DNA of 43,439 bases, taken from the IMG/VR virus record IMGVR_UViG_2711768068_000024; one strand, given 5' to 3'. The translations under genes and the position numbers were made by a program. The stretch is from a virus (lineage: Duplodnaviria > Heunggongvirae > Uroviricota > Caudoviricetes). Shown here piece by piece: positions 9,609 through 19,080 of this stretch; positions within the stretch are counted from its first letter, which is position 1; each line of letters begins with the position of its first letter. Under the pieces are notes generated by a model. It was not told the DNA's origin. It did no database searches and saw only the letters and a list, made by a program, of their open reading frames with translations.

Positions 9609-10227
9609 AACATTTGGCGCTCAAAATTGCGCTGTATTTGATAATGCAGGCGTCAGCACCTGGAATGTTCCTGACATAGTGAAAAAGGGCCGACGCGTCA
9701 GGGTGAAGGTTATCGGCGGTGGCGGGTCTGGCGGTTACCCGTCGATAAGCTCAACGAACGCTGCCGGTGGCGGCGGCGGTGGCGGCGGTGGTGTGAGCGA
9801 GTCCGTCATTGACTTAACAGGTATTGACACCGTCACAATCACTGTAGGCAGTGGTGGCGAAAGTCAAAATACGTCAGCAAGAAATGGAAATCCTGGCGGC
9901 ACCAGTAGTTTTGGCGCATATCTCTCGGCAACAGGTGGAGACGGTGGGGGGCAGGTATCCGGAGGAGCGGGGGGAAAAGGTGTGGGGGGGCAGATAAATA
10001 CGTCTCTTGGCCCTGGCTCTCCTGGTGCATCAATGATAGCAGGCACTGATTCGGCTGTCGGAGGTAGCGGTGGTGGTCCTGGCGGGAATGGACAGGTTTT
10101 AGATTCGGCGGGGAATGTTGGCAGTAATGCAAAAGGTCCTGGCGGTGGTGGCGCTGGGTTGGCAACGAAAAAGATTGGCGGAGTTACTGGTGCTGGTCAT
10201 AGCGGGATTGTAATTATTTATTGGTGA
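9553..10227 (+). CDS. Alternative tail-fibre C-terminal cassette (Gly-rich), currently not joined to the fibre N-terminus
   Basis: Reads ...GLGEA then diverges at the crossover site; Gly-rich fibre-tip-like sequence; lies inside the invertible segment on the strand opposite gene H. Confidence 0.6.
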   Translation: MMPVSRYLCIFINVGLGEATFGAQNCAVFDNAGVSTWNVPDIVKKGRRVRVKVIGGGGSGGYPSISSTNAAGGGGGGGGGVSESVIDLTGIDTVTITVGSGGESQNTSARNGNPGGTSSFGAYLSATGGDGGGQVSGGAGGKGVGGQINTSLGPGSPGASMIAGTDSAVGGSGGGPGGNGQVLDSAGNVGSNAKGPGGGGAGLATKKIGGVTGAGHSGIVIIYW

Positions 10228-10237
10228 GGTATAAATT

Positions 10238-10396
10238 ATGTGGGCACGAATTGAAAACAACGTGGTAATGGAGTTAACTGATATAGACCCAACGGGTAGA
10301 TATCATGACTCGTTAATCTGGGTTGAATGCCCTGCTGACACACAGCCGGGCTATACATACAGTAGCGGCGAATTTACTCCACCACCGGAGGCGTAG
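10238..10396 (+). CDS. Short tail-fibre-assembly-like ORF (52 aa), partner of the alternative cassette
   Basis: ATG with GAGG RBS right after the cassette; MWARIENNVVMELTDIDPTGRYH...; converges on and overlaps the 3' end of the opposite-strand assembly gene; below the 60-aa track cutoff. Confidence 0.35.
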   Translation: MWARIENNVVMELTDIDPTGRYHDSLIWVECPADTQPGYTYSSGEFTPPPEA

Positions 10397-10787
10397 GCCA
10401 TTCAATATCTGGCGCACCGGAAGTATCGACCAGTTCCAGTGCGTCCAGATAATCCAGCCACAAATTATATTGCGCCAGTTCCTCACTTTTCAGACGACCA
10501 ATAGCCGCTTTACCAGGCCATTGTCTGTTGTTCATGTGCTCGTTGGCTTCATTAATAAGTTTTCTTTTTTTCAAATCCGCCAATTCAATAAGGTTTTCTT
10601 TTGATAAAGGTGGTTGCTCTGTCAAAACCGGATATCCCTCCTGATTGCTGACTATTTTCATGCCATTATCCTGACCATCCAGTAGTAACAGCCATTCATC
10701 CGTGGTTATCTCAACAGCATCTGAAGGTGCTTTATTTAAATCGGTAAAAAAACCATTTTCTTTTTGTGAATAGAAGTATCTGTCCAT
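10374..10787 (-). CDS. Tail fibre assembly protein (gpG-like)
   Basis: 137-aa ORF directly downstream of the fibre C-terminal cassette. Confidence 0.7.
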   Translation of the reverse strand: MDRYFYSQKENGFFTDLNKAPSDAVEITTDEWLLLLDGQDNGMKIVSNQEGYPVLTEQPPLSKENLIELADLKKRKLINEANEHMNNRQWPGKAAIGRLKSEELAQYNLWLDYLDALELVDTSGAPDIEWPTPPVVE

Positions 10788-10790
10788 TTA

Positions 10791-11192
10791 TTAATCTCCA
10801 AAAGCAATCCAGTAAGCAAAAGGATTTATTCCTTGCTCAGTCACAGATGACATTAGGGAAAATTGCGATGGTGAAACAGGTAACGCTGCAAAACTAACCA
10901 TTGTTGACACACCTGACCGTGCATTATCGTACGATGCAACAACACAATAATTGGTATTGCTGAAAGATATCGGCAGGGTGATATTTACAGGTGAGCCTAA
11001 TGGCCCTGATGCTGATATTCCCATTTGAATGATGGTTCCATCAGGCAATTTTCTCCAGCGATTAGAACTCGGATTTCTTTTCCAGGCTGACATATCCGGT
11101 ATCTGATTTTCTCCTGTGCCTACATCCCTTTTCGCCGCTTCTCCCAAACCAACGTTTATGAAAATGCAGAGATAACGGCTAACTGGCATCAT
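10791..11192 (-). CDS. Tail-fibre C-terminal cassette carrying the native continuation of H (..[11 protein letters not shown]...PVNITLPISF...AFGD)
   Basis: Shares 173 bp with the 3' end of gene H (12414..12586), then continues 62 codons past the point where H is cut short. Confidence 0.6.
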   Translation of the reverse strand: MMPVSRYLCIFINVGLGEAAKRDVGTGENQIPDMSAWKRNPSSNRWRKLPDGTIIQMGISASGPLGSPVNITLPISFSNTNYCVVASYDNARSGVSTMVSFAALPVSPSQFSLMSSVTEQGINPFAYWIAFGD

Positions 11193-12412
11193 CTCCGGTT
11201 TTTATTCAGGGGGATGATCATGCTTATTGGCTATGTACGCGTGTCAACAAATGACCAGAACACCGATTTGCAACGCAATGCACTGAACTGTGCGGGATGT
11301 GAGCGGATTTTTGAGGACAAAATCAGTGGCACTAAGTCCGACAGACCGGGGCTGAAAAAACTACTCAGGACACTATCGGCAGGTGACACGCTGGTTGTCT
11401 GGAAGCTGGACAGGTTGGGACGCAGTATGCGGCATCTTGTTACGCTGATAGAAGAGTTGCGCCAGCGTGGCGTGAATTTCCGAAGCCTGACTGACAGTAT
11501 TGATACCAGTACCCCAATGGGCCGTTTCTTTTTTCATGTCATGGGTGCCCTGGCTGAAATGGAACGCGAACTGATAGTTGAACGTACCAGGGCGGGGATT
11601 GCTGCAGCTCGCGACAAAGGCAGAGTAGGTGGACGCCGTCCTAAGTTGACCACCGAACAGTGGGCACAGATTGGACGTTTACTAGAGGCCGGAGAATCAA
11701 GACAGCGTATTGCACTGATTTTTGATGTGGGCATTTCTACCATTTATAGAAAATTTCCGGCAAATAAGAGCAGTGAATCCCCTGAATCAGCATAATTTTG
11801 ATTATCCCTGCAAGTAGACAAATACCGTCATTTTGTGTGAATAACTGTACAACTACACTTAGCTGTTTGTCGGGCACAATCACTTCAACATAGGGCGAAG
11901 CCTAATCCAATCAGGAGGTTCGCCGCTATGGCTCAGGATTACCACCACGGGGTGCGCGTTGTTGAAATCAACGAAGGCACCCGATCCATTACCACGGTGA
12001 GCACCGCCATCGTGGGTATGGTCTGCACGGGCGATGATGCCGATGCAAAAATGTTTCCTCTTAATAAACCCGTGCTGATCACTGATGTGCTGACTGCCAG
12101 CGGTAAAGCGGGTGAGTCCGGCACGCTGGCCCGTTCGCTGGATGCCATCGCTGACCAGGCAAAACCCGTGACCGTTGTTGTGCGTGTGCCGCAGGGTGAA
12201 ACGGAAGAAGAAACCACGACCAATATCATCGGCGCAGTGACTGCTGAAGGTAAAAAAACAGGCATGAAAGCCCTGTTATCTGCCCAGACACAGCTCGGCG
12301 TTAAACCGCGCATTCTCGGCGTGCCAGGTCACGATAACAAAGCCGTTGCTACTGAGTTGCTGAGTGTGGCGCAAAGCCTGCGTGGGTTTGCTTACCTGTC
12401 AGCGTATGGCTG
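11137..12412. repeat. Right copy of the 1276-bp perfect inverted repeat
   Basis: Reverse complement of 8333..9608; ends mid-codon inside the sheath sequence. Confidence 0.85.
11214..11795 (+). CDS. Serine DNA invertase, second identical copy
   Basis: Translation identical to 8950..9531. Confidence 0.85.
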   Translation: MIMLIGYVRVSTNDQNTDLQRNALNCAGCERIFEDKISGTKSDRPGLKKLLRTLSAGDTLVVWKLDRLGRSMRHLVTLIEELRQRGVNFRSLTDSIDTSTPMGRFFFHVMGALAEMERELIVERTRAGIAAARDKGRVGGRRPKLTTEQWAQIGRLLEAGESRQRIALIFDVGISTIYRKFPANKSSESPESA

Positions 12413-12413
12413 A
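11928..12413 (+). pseudogene. Duplicated 5' fragment of the tail sheath gene (first 160 codons), truncated at the duplication junction
   Basis: Identical to the first 160 aa of gpFI, then an immediate stop created at the repeat boundary. Confidence 0.8.
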
Positions 12414-13634
12414 GATATTTACAGGTGAGCCTAATGGCCCTGATGCTGATATTCCCATTTGAATGATGGTTCCATCAGGCAATTTTCTCCAGCGATTAGA
12501 ACTCGGATTTCTTTTCCAGGCTGACATATCCGGTATCTGATTTTCTCCTGTGCCTACATCCCTTTTCGCCGCTTCTCCCAAACCAAGGTATGTGAGAAGA
12601 CCAGCTACATCCTTTCCACTCAAATTAGTCAGCGTATTGTCCAGCGGTTGTTTACCTGCCAGCGCATTAAGCATTGTCGTGGCAAAGTTCGGGTCATTCC
12701 CCAGCGCCGCCGCCAGTTCGTTCAATGTATCCAGTGCCGCAGGTGCAGAACCCACCATTCCTGCAATCGCCGATTTCACAAAAGCCGTAGTGGCAATCTG
12801 TGTATTGTTGACCGACTGTGCCGCAGTAGGTGCTGTTGGCGTTCCGGTAAGTGCCGGACTCGACAGCGGCGCTTTCAGTGCCAGCGCATTATTAATAGTG
12901 GTACTGAATTTCGGGTCATTGTTAATGGCTGCGGCAATTTCTTTCAGTGTGTCCAGCGTGGCTGGCGCACCGTTAATCAGAGCAGTAATAGCGGCCTGAA
13001 CAAACTCTGTGGTCGCAATCCGAGTGGTGTTATTTCCTGCTGCAGGCGTCGGCGCTTTTGGTTCTCCGGTAAATGTCGGATTATGTTTCTGCGCATACTG
13101 GGTATGAGGATCTTGTGCGGCAATGTGGTTTCTCATCTGGTCATCCACATACAGCTTTAATTCCAGGACTTTATCATCCACGTATTTACGGGTTGCCAGC
13201 ACTACAGCAGGGTCGATTTTCAGGATGATATTGTCCGTGCTGCTGGTAATCAGCACCATGCGCACGGTCTGGGTACGCCCGCTGCCTTCAGCCAGTTGCG
13301 GCTTATAGCTTTCCGGGCAGTTTCCCACGGCAATCAATGCCCCGGACTCATCAAACAGGCCCACTTCACGTATCCACCAACCGCCCTCGTTTTCAGGGAT
13401 CACCTGTTCAGCAATAATCTGGCTACTGTTCTGCGGGTCGATATAAAGCATATTCAACGCAGCCCGGCGTTTCTCATTTACCAGTGCCGTCTGCTTTGCG
13501 TCCGGCGTCGGTAATACTCCGCCGCCATCGCCGACCGCCATATGGGTAATTTTTAGCGGCACACCGAGCGCGGCGGCGCTGGCAAGTTTCGCCGCGCCAA
13601 TATCCGTCAGCAGGGTATAAAATTTTGTGCTCAT
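12399..13634 (-). CDS. Tail fibre protein gpH (constant N-terminal part; C-terminus cut by the junction)
   Basis: N-terminus [21 protein letters not shown]...MAVGDGGG is P2 H-like; ends ...PVNISAIR* where the last 4 codons come from the junction sequence. Confidence 0.85.
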   Translation of the reverse strand: MSTKFYTLLTDIGAAKLASAAALGVPLKITHMAVGDGGGVLPTPDAKQTALVNEKRRAALNMLYIDPQNSSQIIAEQVIPENEGGWWIREVGLFDESGALIAVGNCPESYKPQLAEGSGRTQTVRMVLITSSTDNIILKIDPAVVLATRKYVDDKVLELKLYVDDQMRNHIAAQDPHTQYAQKHNPTFTGEPKAPTPAAGNNTTRIATTEFVQAAITALINGAPATLDTLKEIAAAINNDPKFSTTINNALALKAPLSSPALTGTPTAPTAAQSVNNTQIATTAFVKSAIAGMVGSAPAALDTLNELAAALGNDPNFATTMLNALAGKQPLDNTLTNLSGKDVAGLLTYLGLGEAAKRDVGTGENQIPDMSAWKRNPSSNRWRKLPDGTIIQMGISASGPLGSPVNISAIR

Positions 13635-14236
13635 GGATTCACTCTCATTGTGTCAATAACATGGACCGCCCCGCCTTCATGCGCGGTGCCGCCAGAAATA
13701 ATTGTTTCGTTGATATACGGATAAATCGTGATTTCTTCGCCAAGATAGCTGGCAGCTCCCACCCAATGCGGGCCGCTGGTCTGCAGATTGATGGACATGC
13801 CGATCATGTGGCGGCTACATGGTTTGGCATCGCTTATCAGTCGCTCAAGTTCCAGATAAGTATCTTCAGTGATGCCCTGGTCCTGCACGCCGATATCCAG
13901 GCGAAACGTGCCCGGTGCCTCTCCGGTCTGCCACCACTCAATAATGCGGATCAGAAAGCCGAACGGCTCCACCACCCGCCGCACGGCACTGGTGGTCCCT
14001 TTATGCTGATGAATATAAAAAGCATCCTTCACCACCTGGCGCTTGACGCTTTCTGTCCAGCCCTCGTCCCAGCGATCCACAGAGAACGCCCAGGCGAGAT
14101 AAGGCAGGAAACTGACCGGGCAGGTTGCCGGATTCCACAAGTCACGAAGCGGCACCTGCAGATCAGAAATCCCGCTGCAGGTTTGCGCCAGTCGGCGCTC
14201 CAGTGGTGTTGAACCCGGTGGCAGCAGACTATTCAT
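13631..14236 (-). CDS. Baseplate protein gpI
   Basis: 201 aa, P2 synteny, 4-nt overlap with H. Confidence 0.8.
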   Translation of the reverse strand: MNSLLPPGSTPLERRLAQTCSGISDLQVPLRDLWNPATCPVSFLPYLAWAFSVDRWDEGWTESVKRQVVKDAFYIHQHKGTTSAVRRVVEPFGFLIRIIEWWQTGEAPGTFRLDIGVQDQGITEDTYLELERLISDAKPCSRHMIGMSINLQTSGPHWVGAASYLGEEITIYPYINETIISGGTAHEGGAVHVIDTMRVNP

Positions 14237-15137
14237 CCGTTCCTCCGTTGGTTACGCTCCACTGCGTACATGATGCCGCCTGTGTTTTGTTCAGGACCAC
14301 ATCCGCCAGAGGAGAAGCCAGCTCCACACGCTGCACACCCTCAACATGCAGGGCGGCAAAGATGGCGCTACGGCGAATATCCCGACCAAGACGCGTCTGA
14401 CTGGCGATGTACTTCTGCAGGCTGGCTTTTGCCGCTGCCATTACCGGCTCTGCTTCCGGTCCCGGATAGAGAAAAATGGTGGCTTCCACGCGGTACGGGA
14501 TGATTTCCGCGCTGCGAACCGTCAGACGGTCAGCCACCGGGCGGACATTCTCACTGTTCAGTGCTTTCTCCACCACATCCAGCAGGTCTTTTTCTGCTGT
14601 TCCGTCGCCTTCGCGGCTAAGGACTGTCAGCACCACCTCTGCAGGTGCCGGACTGGTTGCACTGGCATCCGCCACCCGACCGTCGGCGCTTCGGGCATGA
14701 AATTCATAAGCGGCAGTTGGTCCCGCAACTGAAAGCCCCTCAAAGGCTGCAGGCACACGCAGGCGTAACGCTTCATCGCTTTCCATCACTGCAGCAACGG
14801 GCGGCACAGCGTCATTATCAGCAGGCGTCACCGTCAGGCGTTTCACGTTGTAGTTGGCAGCGATCTGGTCAAGATCGCTGCCCATAGCGTAAGCCACCAT
14901 CACAGCCTGCGCGGCTTCGTTAATGCGCTGGCGCAGAAGCAACTCACGGTAAGCGTTCTCCTGCAGCAATTTGGTGACGGGTTCAGATTCCAGTTCAAGC
15001 GTGCGGATCACTGCTTCCTGCTCATCTTTCGGATGAAGCGCAACAAATTCGGCCTTGCGTTCGGCAAGCAGCGTCTCAAAGTCCGGCACATCCACAATCT
15101 GCGGCGCAGGCAACTGCGAAAGGTCAATCACTGCCAT
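14229..15137 (-). CDS. Baseplate protein gpJ
   Basis: 302 aa from MAVIDLSQLP (start chosen inside the 315-aa track ORF to match P2 J length and the overlap with W). Confidence 0.8.
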   Translation of the reverse strand: MAVIDLSQLPAPQIVDVPDFETLLAERKAEFVALHPKDEQEAVIRTLELESEPVTKLLQENAYRELLLRQRINEAAQAVMVAYAMGSDLDQIAANYNVKRLTVTPADNDAVPPVAAVMESDEALRLRVPAAFEGLSVAGPTAAYEFHARSADGRVADASATSPAPAEVVLTVLSREGDGTAEKDLLDVVEKALNSENVRPVADRLTVRSAEIIPYRVEATIFLYPGPEAEPVMAAAKASLQKYIASQTRLGRDIRRSAIFAALHVEGVQRVELASPLADVVLNKTQAASCTQWSVTNGGTDE

Positions 15138-15483
15138 TCTCTGCTCCTGTTGATACGGAAAGGGAAACAGGCACACCGTTATTACGCCGCCCGGTCAGCT
15201 CCACCACCATTGAACCGTCAAAATTGCTGTTAATGGTGATGGAATCCAGCGTCAGCCGTGGCTCCCAGCGACTCAGCGCCACATACACTGCCGACATGAC
15301 CTGCAGGCGTAGTGCCGGATTTTGTGGCTGGTCTATCAGTGCCGACAGCAGAGAACCATATTCCCGACGGGCAATGCGGCTACCCTGTGGCGTGATGAGT
15401 ATGTCTTTAACAGACTGATTGAGGTGCTCAATATCGGTAATGGCCTTGCCCGTTGCGCTGTTCATGCCGTAATACATCGTCAT
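15124..15483 (-). CDS. Baseplate protein gpW
   Basis: 119 aa, P2 synteny. Confidence 0.8.
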   Translation of the reverse strand: MTMYYGMNSATGKAITDIEHLNQSVKDILITPQGSRIARREYGSLLSALIDQPQNPALRLQVMSAVYVALSRWEPRLTLDSITINSNFDGSMVVELTGRRNNGVPVSLSVSTGAENGSD

Positions 15484-16058
15484 ACCGGGCCTCCCGATGT
15501 GTCGCCGCCAGACTTCACTTTATTGTGCGCGTGGTCATCCACCACGATCTCGTTGGAACTCATCGGGCCGCCGCCCTGAGTCACACCACCGTTGATCACC
15601 ACCTCACTGTTAATACGGGTGGTGTCGGCTTCCACGATAAACTCCCCGGTTTTGAAGGTGACGTTATCCACCGCCTCGATCACCATGGATTTAATACCCC
15701 GAACGTACCAGCGCCCGGTTTCGGGGTCGTACTCAAACCAACCGCCGTCTGGGTATTCCGTCACGTTGCCGTCCTCAGACTTGGACGGCGGCGGAAACTG
15801 GTTTGAATAGACGGCAGGCAGGGCAAAGGCGGTTTCCAGATTGCCGCCCAGGCTGAACAGCACAACCTGCTCCCCCACAGACGGTTTCCACCAGGTGCGC
15901 GAGTTGCCCGCGCGCAGCGTCAGCCAGTTAATCCAGTTGGTTTCAAGCTCACCCGTTTTCACCCGGCACAGCCAGTTGTCCCGGTCCACTTCCGTTACAG
16001 TTCCGGTGCGGATTAGGTTGGTGATAAGGCGCATGATTTCTGTGAGTTGTGCGTTCAT
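15480..16058 (-). CDS. Baseplate spike/assembly protein gpV
   Basis: 192 aa, P2 synteny. Confidence 0.85.
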   Translation of the reverse strand: MNAQLTEIMRLITNLIRTGTVTEVDRDNWLCRVKTGELETNWINWLTLRAGNSRTWWKPSVGEQVVLFSLGGNLETAFALPAVYSNQFPPPSKSEDGNVTEYPDGGWFEYDPETGRWYVRGIKSMVIEAVDNVTFKTGEFIVEADTTRINSEVVINGGVTQGGGPMSSNEIVVDDHAHNKVKSGGDTSGGPV

Positions 16059-16172
16059 AGCTATAGATTGCCATGAATGATGTATCTAAGAACAAGGTGA
16101 GCTTAGTCTGGTCCATGACACAATTAAGAATTACTATATAAAAATTGTTAACTACTTGGTTGAGAAACAAAC

Positions 16173-17159
16173 ATGAAAAATAAGAACCAGTATCAGGCTT
16201 TACTTAGAGGGAAGGTCGAATCGGCGATTGCTCAAGCCAAAAGTGCTGCAGGATTTTCCCACCAGGGTGTTAAGGGAGCTGTTCTAGAAATATTATTAAG
16301 TCAACTATTTCGACCTCTTTTGCCCGCAGATGTTGGCATTGGCACAGGGCAAATCATTGAACAGTATTCAGGAAAGTTATCACCTCAAATAGATATTATT
16401 ATTTACAATAAATCAATACTCCCTCCGATATTAATCGATGGTGCCACAGGGTTATTCCCAATAGAATCAGTTCTATATACCATTGAGGTAAAAACCACAT
16501 TAAGTTCATCGGAACTCAGCTCTGCACACTCAAGTGCAAAAGAACTTAATGAGAAATTCGGTTACTTACCTGGAATAAAAGATGAATCAGGCAAACTAAT
16601 CCAACACAAAATAGAGAAACTTCGCTCGGTAATATTTGCTCTAAGTAGTGACTTATCACCAAATGGAATTACTGAAGCCGAAAGGTATAAAAAAATATAC
16701 AAAGAAGACTTTCGTTACGTTACAGCAATTTGCGTTGCAGGTCGTGAGTATAGTTATGAAGATCGAGATTGCTGGGTAACAATGCGTAATACTCAAGCGT
16801 ATGATGAAATCCTTGCATTTATTGGAGGCATAACCAATACATACAAAGGTGTTTCAGAAAGTCGTGGGACACCATTGCTAGGATATTACATTGTTCCAGA
16901 GAATGTCGAACTGAGCCTTACAGCTTGTACCACACTCCCGGAATTGCAAGTTAAGTGCACGCAATGCGCTGAAACTAAAAAAATAATCCCCACCTTTGAC
17001 AACGATGATGAACTAATACTAAAAAACTACACTCTTTCTGATAACAAGCCTTGTAAATGTGGTGGGGAATTTAAATCAGAAAAAGGTAATTTCACCATTA
17101 AAAATGGTCGACTGAGAGAAATAGAGTACAACGAGCCAGATCGAATTTACAAAGAGTAA
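16173..17159 (+). CDS. Cargo (moron) protein: possible PD-(D/E)xK-type motif with C-terminal zinc ribbon; function unknown
   Basis: 328-aa AT-rich ORF on the opposite strand between tail genes V and S; N-terminal region has a possible E...D...E-x-K arrangement (LEILL / QIDIIIYNK / TIEVK); C-terminus CTQC...CKCGG. Confidence 0.65.
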   Translation: MKNKNQYQALLRGKVESAIAQAKSAAGFSHQGVKGAVLEILLSQLFRPLLPADVGIGTGQIIEQYSGKLSPQIDIIIYNKSILPPILIDGATGLFPIESVLYTIEVKTTLSSSELSSAHSSAKELNEKFGYLPGIKDESGKLIQHKIEKLRSVIFALSSDLSPNGITEAERYKKIYKEDFRYVTAICVAGREYSYEDRDCWVTMRNTQAYDEILAFIGGITNTYKGVSESRGTPLLGYYIVPENVELSLTACTTLPELQVKCTQCAETKKIIPTFDNDDELILKNYTLSDNKPCKCGGEFKSEKGNFTIKNGRLREIEYNEPDRIYKE

Positions 17160-17173
17160 ATATAACGAAGGAA

Positions 17174-17620
17174 TTAAGGCCTTAGCCATTTATAAACGAC
17201 AGATGCAATTTCATCTTTGTCAGATGAAGTAAAACCTAGTAACAGCCGCTCCGCATAACGTACCTCTGGCCCCCGGCGGCTTACACGATCGCGCAGGCCG
17301 TAATGGTGAACACGGGCAATACGCTGCACCTTACCTTCAAACTGTACGCTGGCAGAGTCGGCGCTGGCGGCAGTTTTCAGGTATTTTGTGGTGCGCAGCT
17401 TTGCAAACATCTGACGTTTGATGCGCCCCTTTTTACTGCGTGCTGTTACCCGTCGAGGTTCATAACTGCTGCCATCTGGATTGCGCTGCATTCTGATATT
17501 CTGCTGCTGTGTCCGGCGCAGTTCCTGCGCCAGCTGGCGCATCATGCGGCTTCTTGCGGCTGGTTCCAGATTCGCCAGCAAAGCACTCAGCCAATCGTCC
17601 ACCTTCTGCAGTTCAGCCAC
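17174..17620 (-). CDS. Tail completion protein gpS
   Basis: 148 aa, P2 synteny. Confidence 0.8.
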   Translation of the reverse strand: MAELQKVDDWLSALLANLEPAARSRMMRQLAQELRRTQQQNIRMQRNPDGSSYEPRRVTARSKKGRIKRQMFAKLRTTKYLKTAASADSASVQFEGKVQRIARVHHYGLRDRVSRRGPEVRYAERLLLGFTSSDKDEIASVVYKWLRP

Positions 17621-18065
17621 GTTTCACCGTCCACATTTCTTCAGGTTCATCGGGTTCCGCTACCGCTTCAACACTCGACACACTGCCGTCAGTGCTGACC
17701 AGCACACGCTCCGTCAGTTGCAGGTTAAGGCTGATATCACAGACATCGTTGCGCAAAATATCCACCTCAAAGGTGAATAGTTTTTCCCGTAACGCCGGGT
17801 TATTGATGGCATCGGGCTGGTTATCACGCAGCCACAGCAAAACCGGGGCCATCAGCAGATTCTGGTCGCCGCTGAAATCCTCAATCACCACGTTGAGGGT
17901 ATAACGGTACTCCCATGACATGGAGCTGGCCCCCGTGGCAACCAGCGAACCGTTATCCACAAACAGATGCAGTTTGTCCGGGTTATTGCGGACATAAGGC
18001 ACTGCTTTATTGAGGGCGTGGCGCAGGGACTGTGGTTTGTTCACTGTTTCGCTCCTGACACGCAA
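17613..18065 (-). CDS. Tail completion protein gpR
   Basis: 150 aa, P2 synteny. Confidence 0.8.
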   Translation of the reverse strand: MRVRSETVNKPQSLRHALNKAVPYVRNNPDKLHLFVDNGSLVATGASSMSWEYRYTLNVVIEDFSGDQNLLMAPVLLWLRDNQPDAINNPALREKLFTFEVDILRNDVCDISLNLQLTERVLVSTDGSVSSVEAVAEPDEPEEMWTVKRG

Positions 18066-18297
18066 TAATCATGTCCACTTTGTCTGCACAGACCGCCCAG
18101 GCGGCCTCCGTTTCATCCAGCAATGCGTTCAGATCACCGTTAGTGCGCGGCGCTGCCTGCTCCAGCCGACACGGCGTCACTCGCGGACAACCACTGACGG
18201 TAAGCTGCACCTCCGGTGAGTGCCGGACGTTCCCGCAGCCGGATAATGTCAGCAGGCAAAGGAGTATCAGCCCAGCGGCGTAAATCCTCGTTCTCAC
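18007..18297 (-). CDS. Outer-membrane lipoprotein spanin (LysC/Rz1-like)
   Basis: 96 aa with signal peptide and lipobox LTLSGC; starts inside lysB in another frame and extends past it. Confidence 0.65.
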   Translation of the reverse strand: MRTRIYAAGLILLCLLTLSGCGNVRHSPEVQLTVSGCPRVTPCRLEQAAPRTNGDLNALLDETEAAWAVCADKVDMIIACQERNSEQTTVPAPRPQ

Positions 18298-18568
18298 GTT
18301 TCAGTTCCTCGATCCGGCGTTGTCGTTGTCTCAGCAGTGCGCTGGTCTGTTCTGCTTCGGCATAGAGCCGCGCCTGCTCCCGGTTATTGGTTTCAGCCAG
18401 AATGGACAGACCGATCAGTTGGCTGTTTTTCTTCGTCAGTTCCTGCGCTTTACTTTTCAGCGCCGTGCGCTGCGTTTCGATGGTGTGGCTGGCGCTGTTA
18501 AGCCGCCACGACTGCCAGCCCAGCGCAACGAGTGCCAGCGCCACCACTACTGCCAGTGCACGCGTCAT
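18140..18568 (-). CDS. Inner-membrane spanin (LysB/Rz-like)
   Basis: 142 aa, N-terminal TM segment then coiled-coil; contains the overlapping lipoprotein gene. Confidence 0.7.
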   Translation of the reverse strand: MTRALAVVVALALVALGWQSWRLNSASHTIETQRTALKSKAQELTKKNSQLIGLSILAETNNREQARLYAEAEQTSALLRQRQRRIEELKRENEDLRRWADTPLPADIIRLRERPALTGGAAYRQWLSASDAVSAGAGSAAH

Positions 18569-19080
18569 AGTCCAGCTCCTTTAAGGCACCAGGCCATCTC
18601 CCGCGCACGGCGGTTATCCAGCCCCTGATTAAAAACACCTTTCACATAAACCCAGCGCGGCAACTGTCGGCATGCATCCGCCCAGCGCCGCTGATTGAGT
18701 AATTTCACCAGCGTGGAACTGCAGGCATTGCCCGTACCCACGTTGAAGGCAAACGACACCGCAGCGTCATACACCTTCTGCGGCGGCTGTTGCTTCACAC
18801 ACCTTTCCAGCGCCCGCTCCACACGCAGCACGTTGGAGATCAGCCCTTCTGCTGCCTGTCGCTCCGTAATGGTTTTGCCGGGAATGACGCCCGATGTATT
18901 ACCAATGCCGTCGGTCCAGACACCCGCGCTGCACTGATACGGCTGCAGACGACAGCCTTCGTAATCGGCAATCAGTTTCAGCCCCTCCACGGAGGTGTGA
19001 AGCTGCTGAAAACCCGGCAGCGTGGCAGCAATAGCCAGCACGGTCCCGACAAGGCAGCGTTTAACGATTGATGGATTCAT
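18565..19080 (-). CDS. Endolysin (lysozyme, GH24-type), probable signal-anchor-release form
   Basis: 171 aa; catalytic pattern EGCRLQPYQCSAGVWTDGIGNT (E-x8-D-x5-T); hydrophobic N-terminal segment. Confidence 0.85.
   Translation of the reverse strand: MNPSIVKRCLVGTVLAIAATLPGFQQLHTSVEGLKLIADYEGCRLQPYQCSAGVWTDGIGNTSGVIPGKTITERQAAEGLISNVLRVERALERCVKQQPPQKVYDAAVSFAFNVGTGNACSSTLVKLLNQRRWADACRQLPRWVYVKGVFNQGLDNRRAREMAWCLKGAGL

Noticed and set aside
9553-10227. Gly-rich repetitive stretch as a possible simple-sequence repeat or CRISPR-like array
   Set aside because: The repeats are imperfect GGN codon runs within an open frame that starts at the fibre crossover site; there are no regularly spaced identical repeats, so it is a Gly-rich fibre tip and not an array.
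11214-11795. Second invertase gene as an independent functional paralogue
   Set aside because: It is base-for-base identical to the first copy and lies inside a perfect 1276-bp inverted duplication that also contains a truncated sheath fragment; a duplication or assembly artefact explains it better than two invertase genes.
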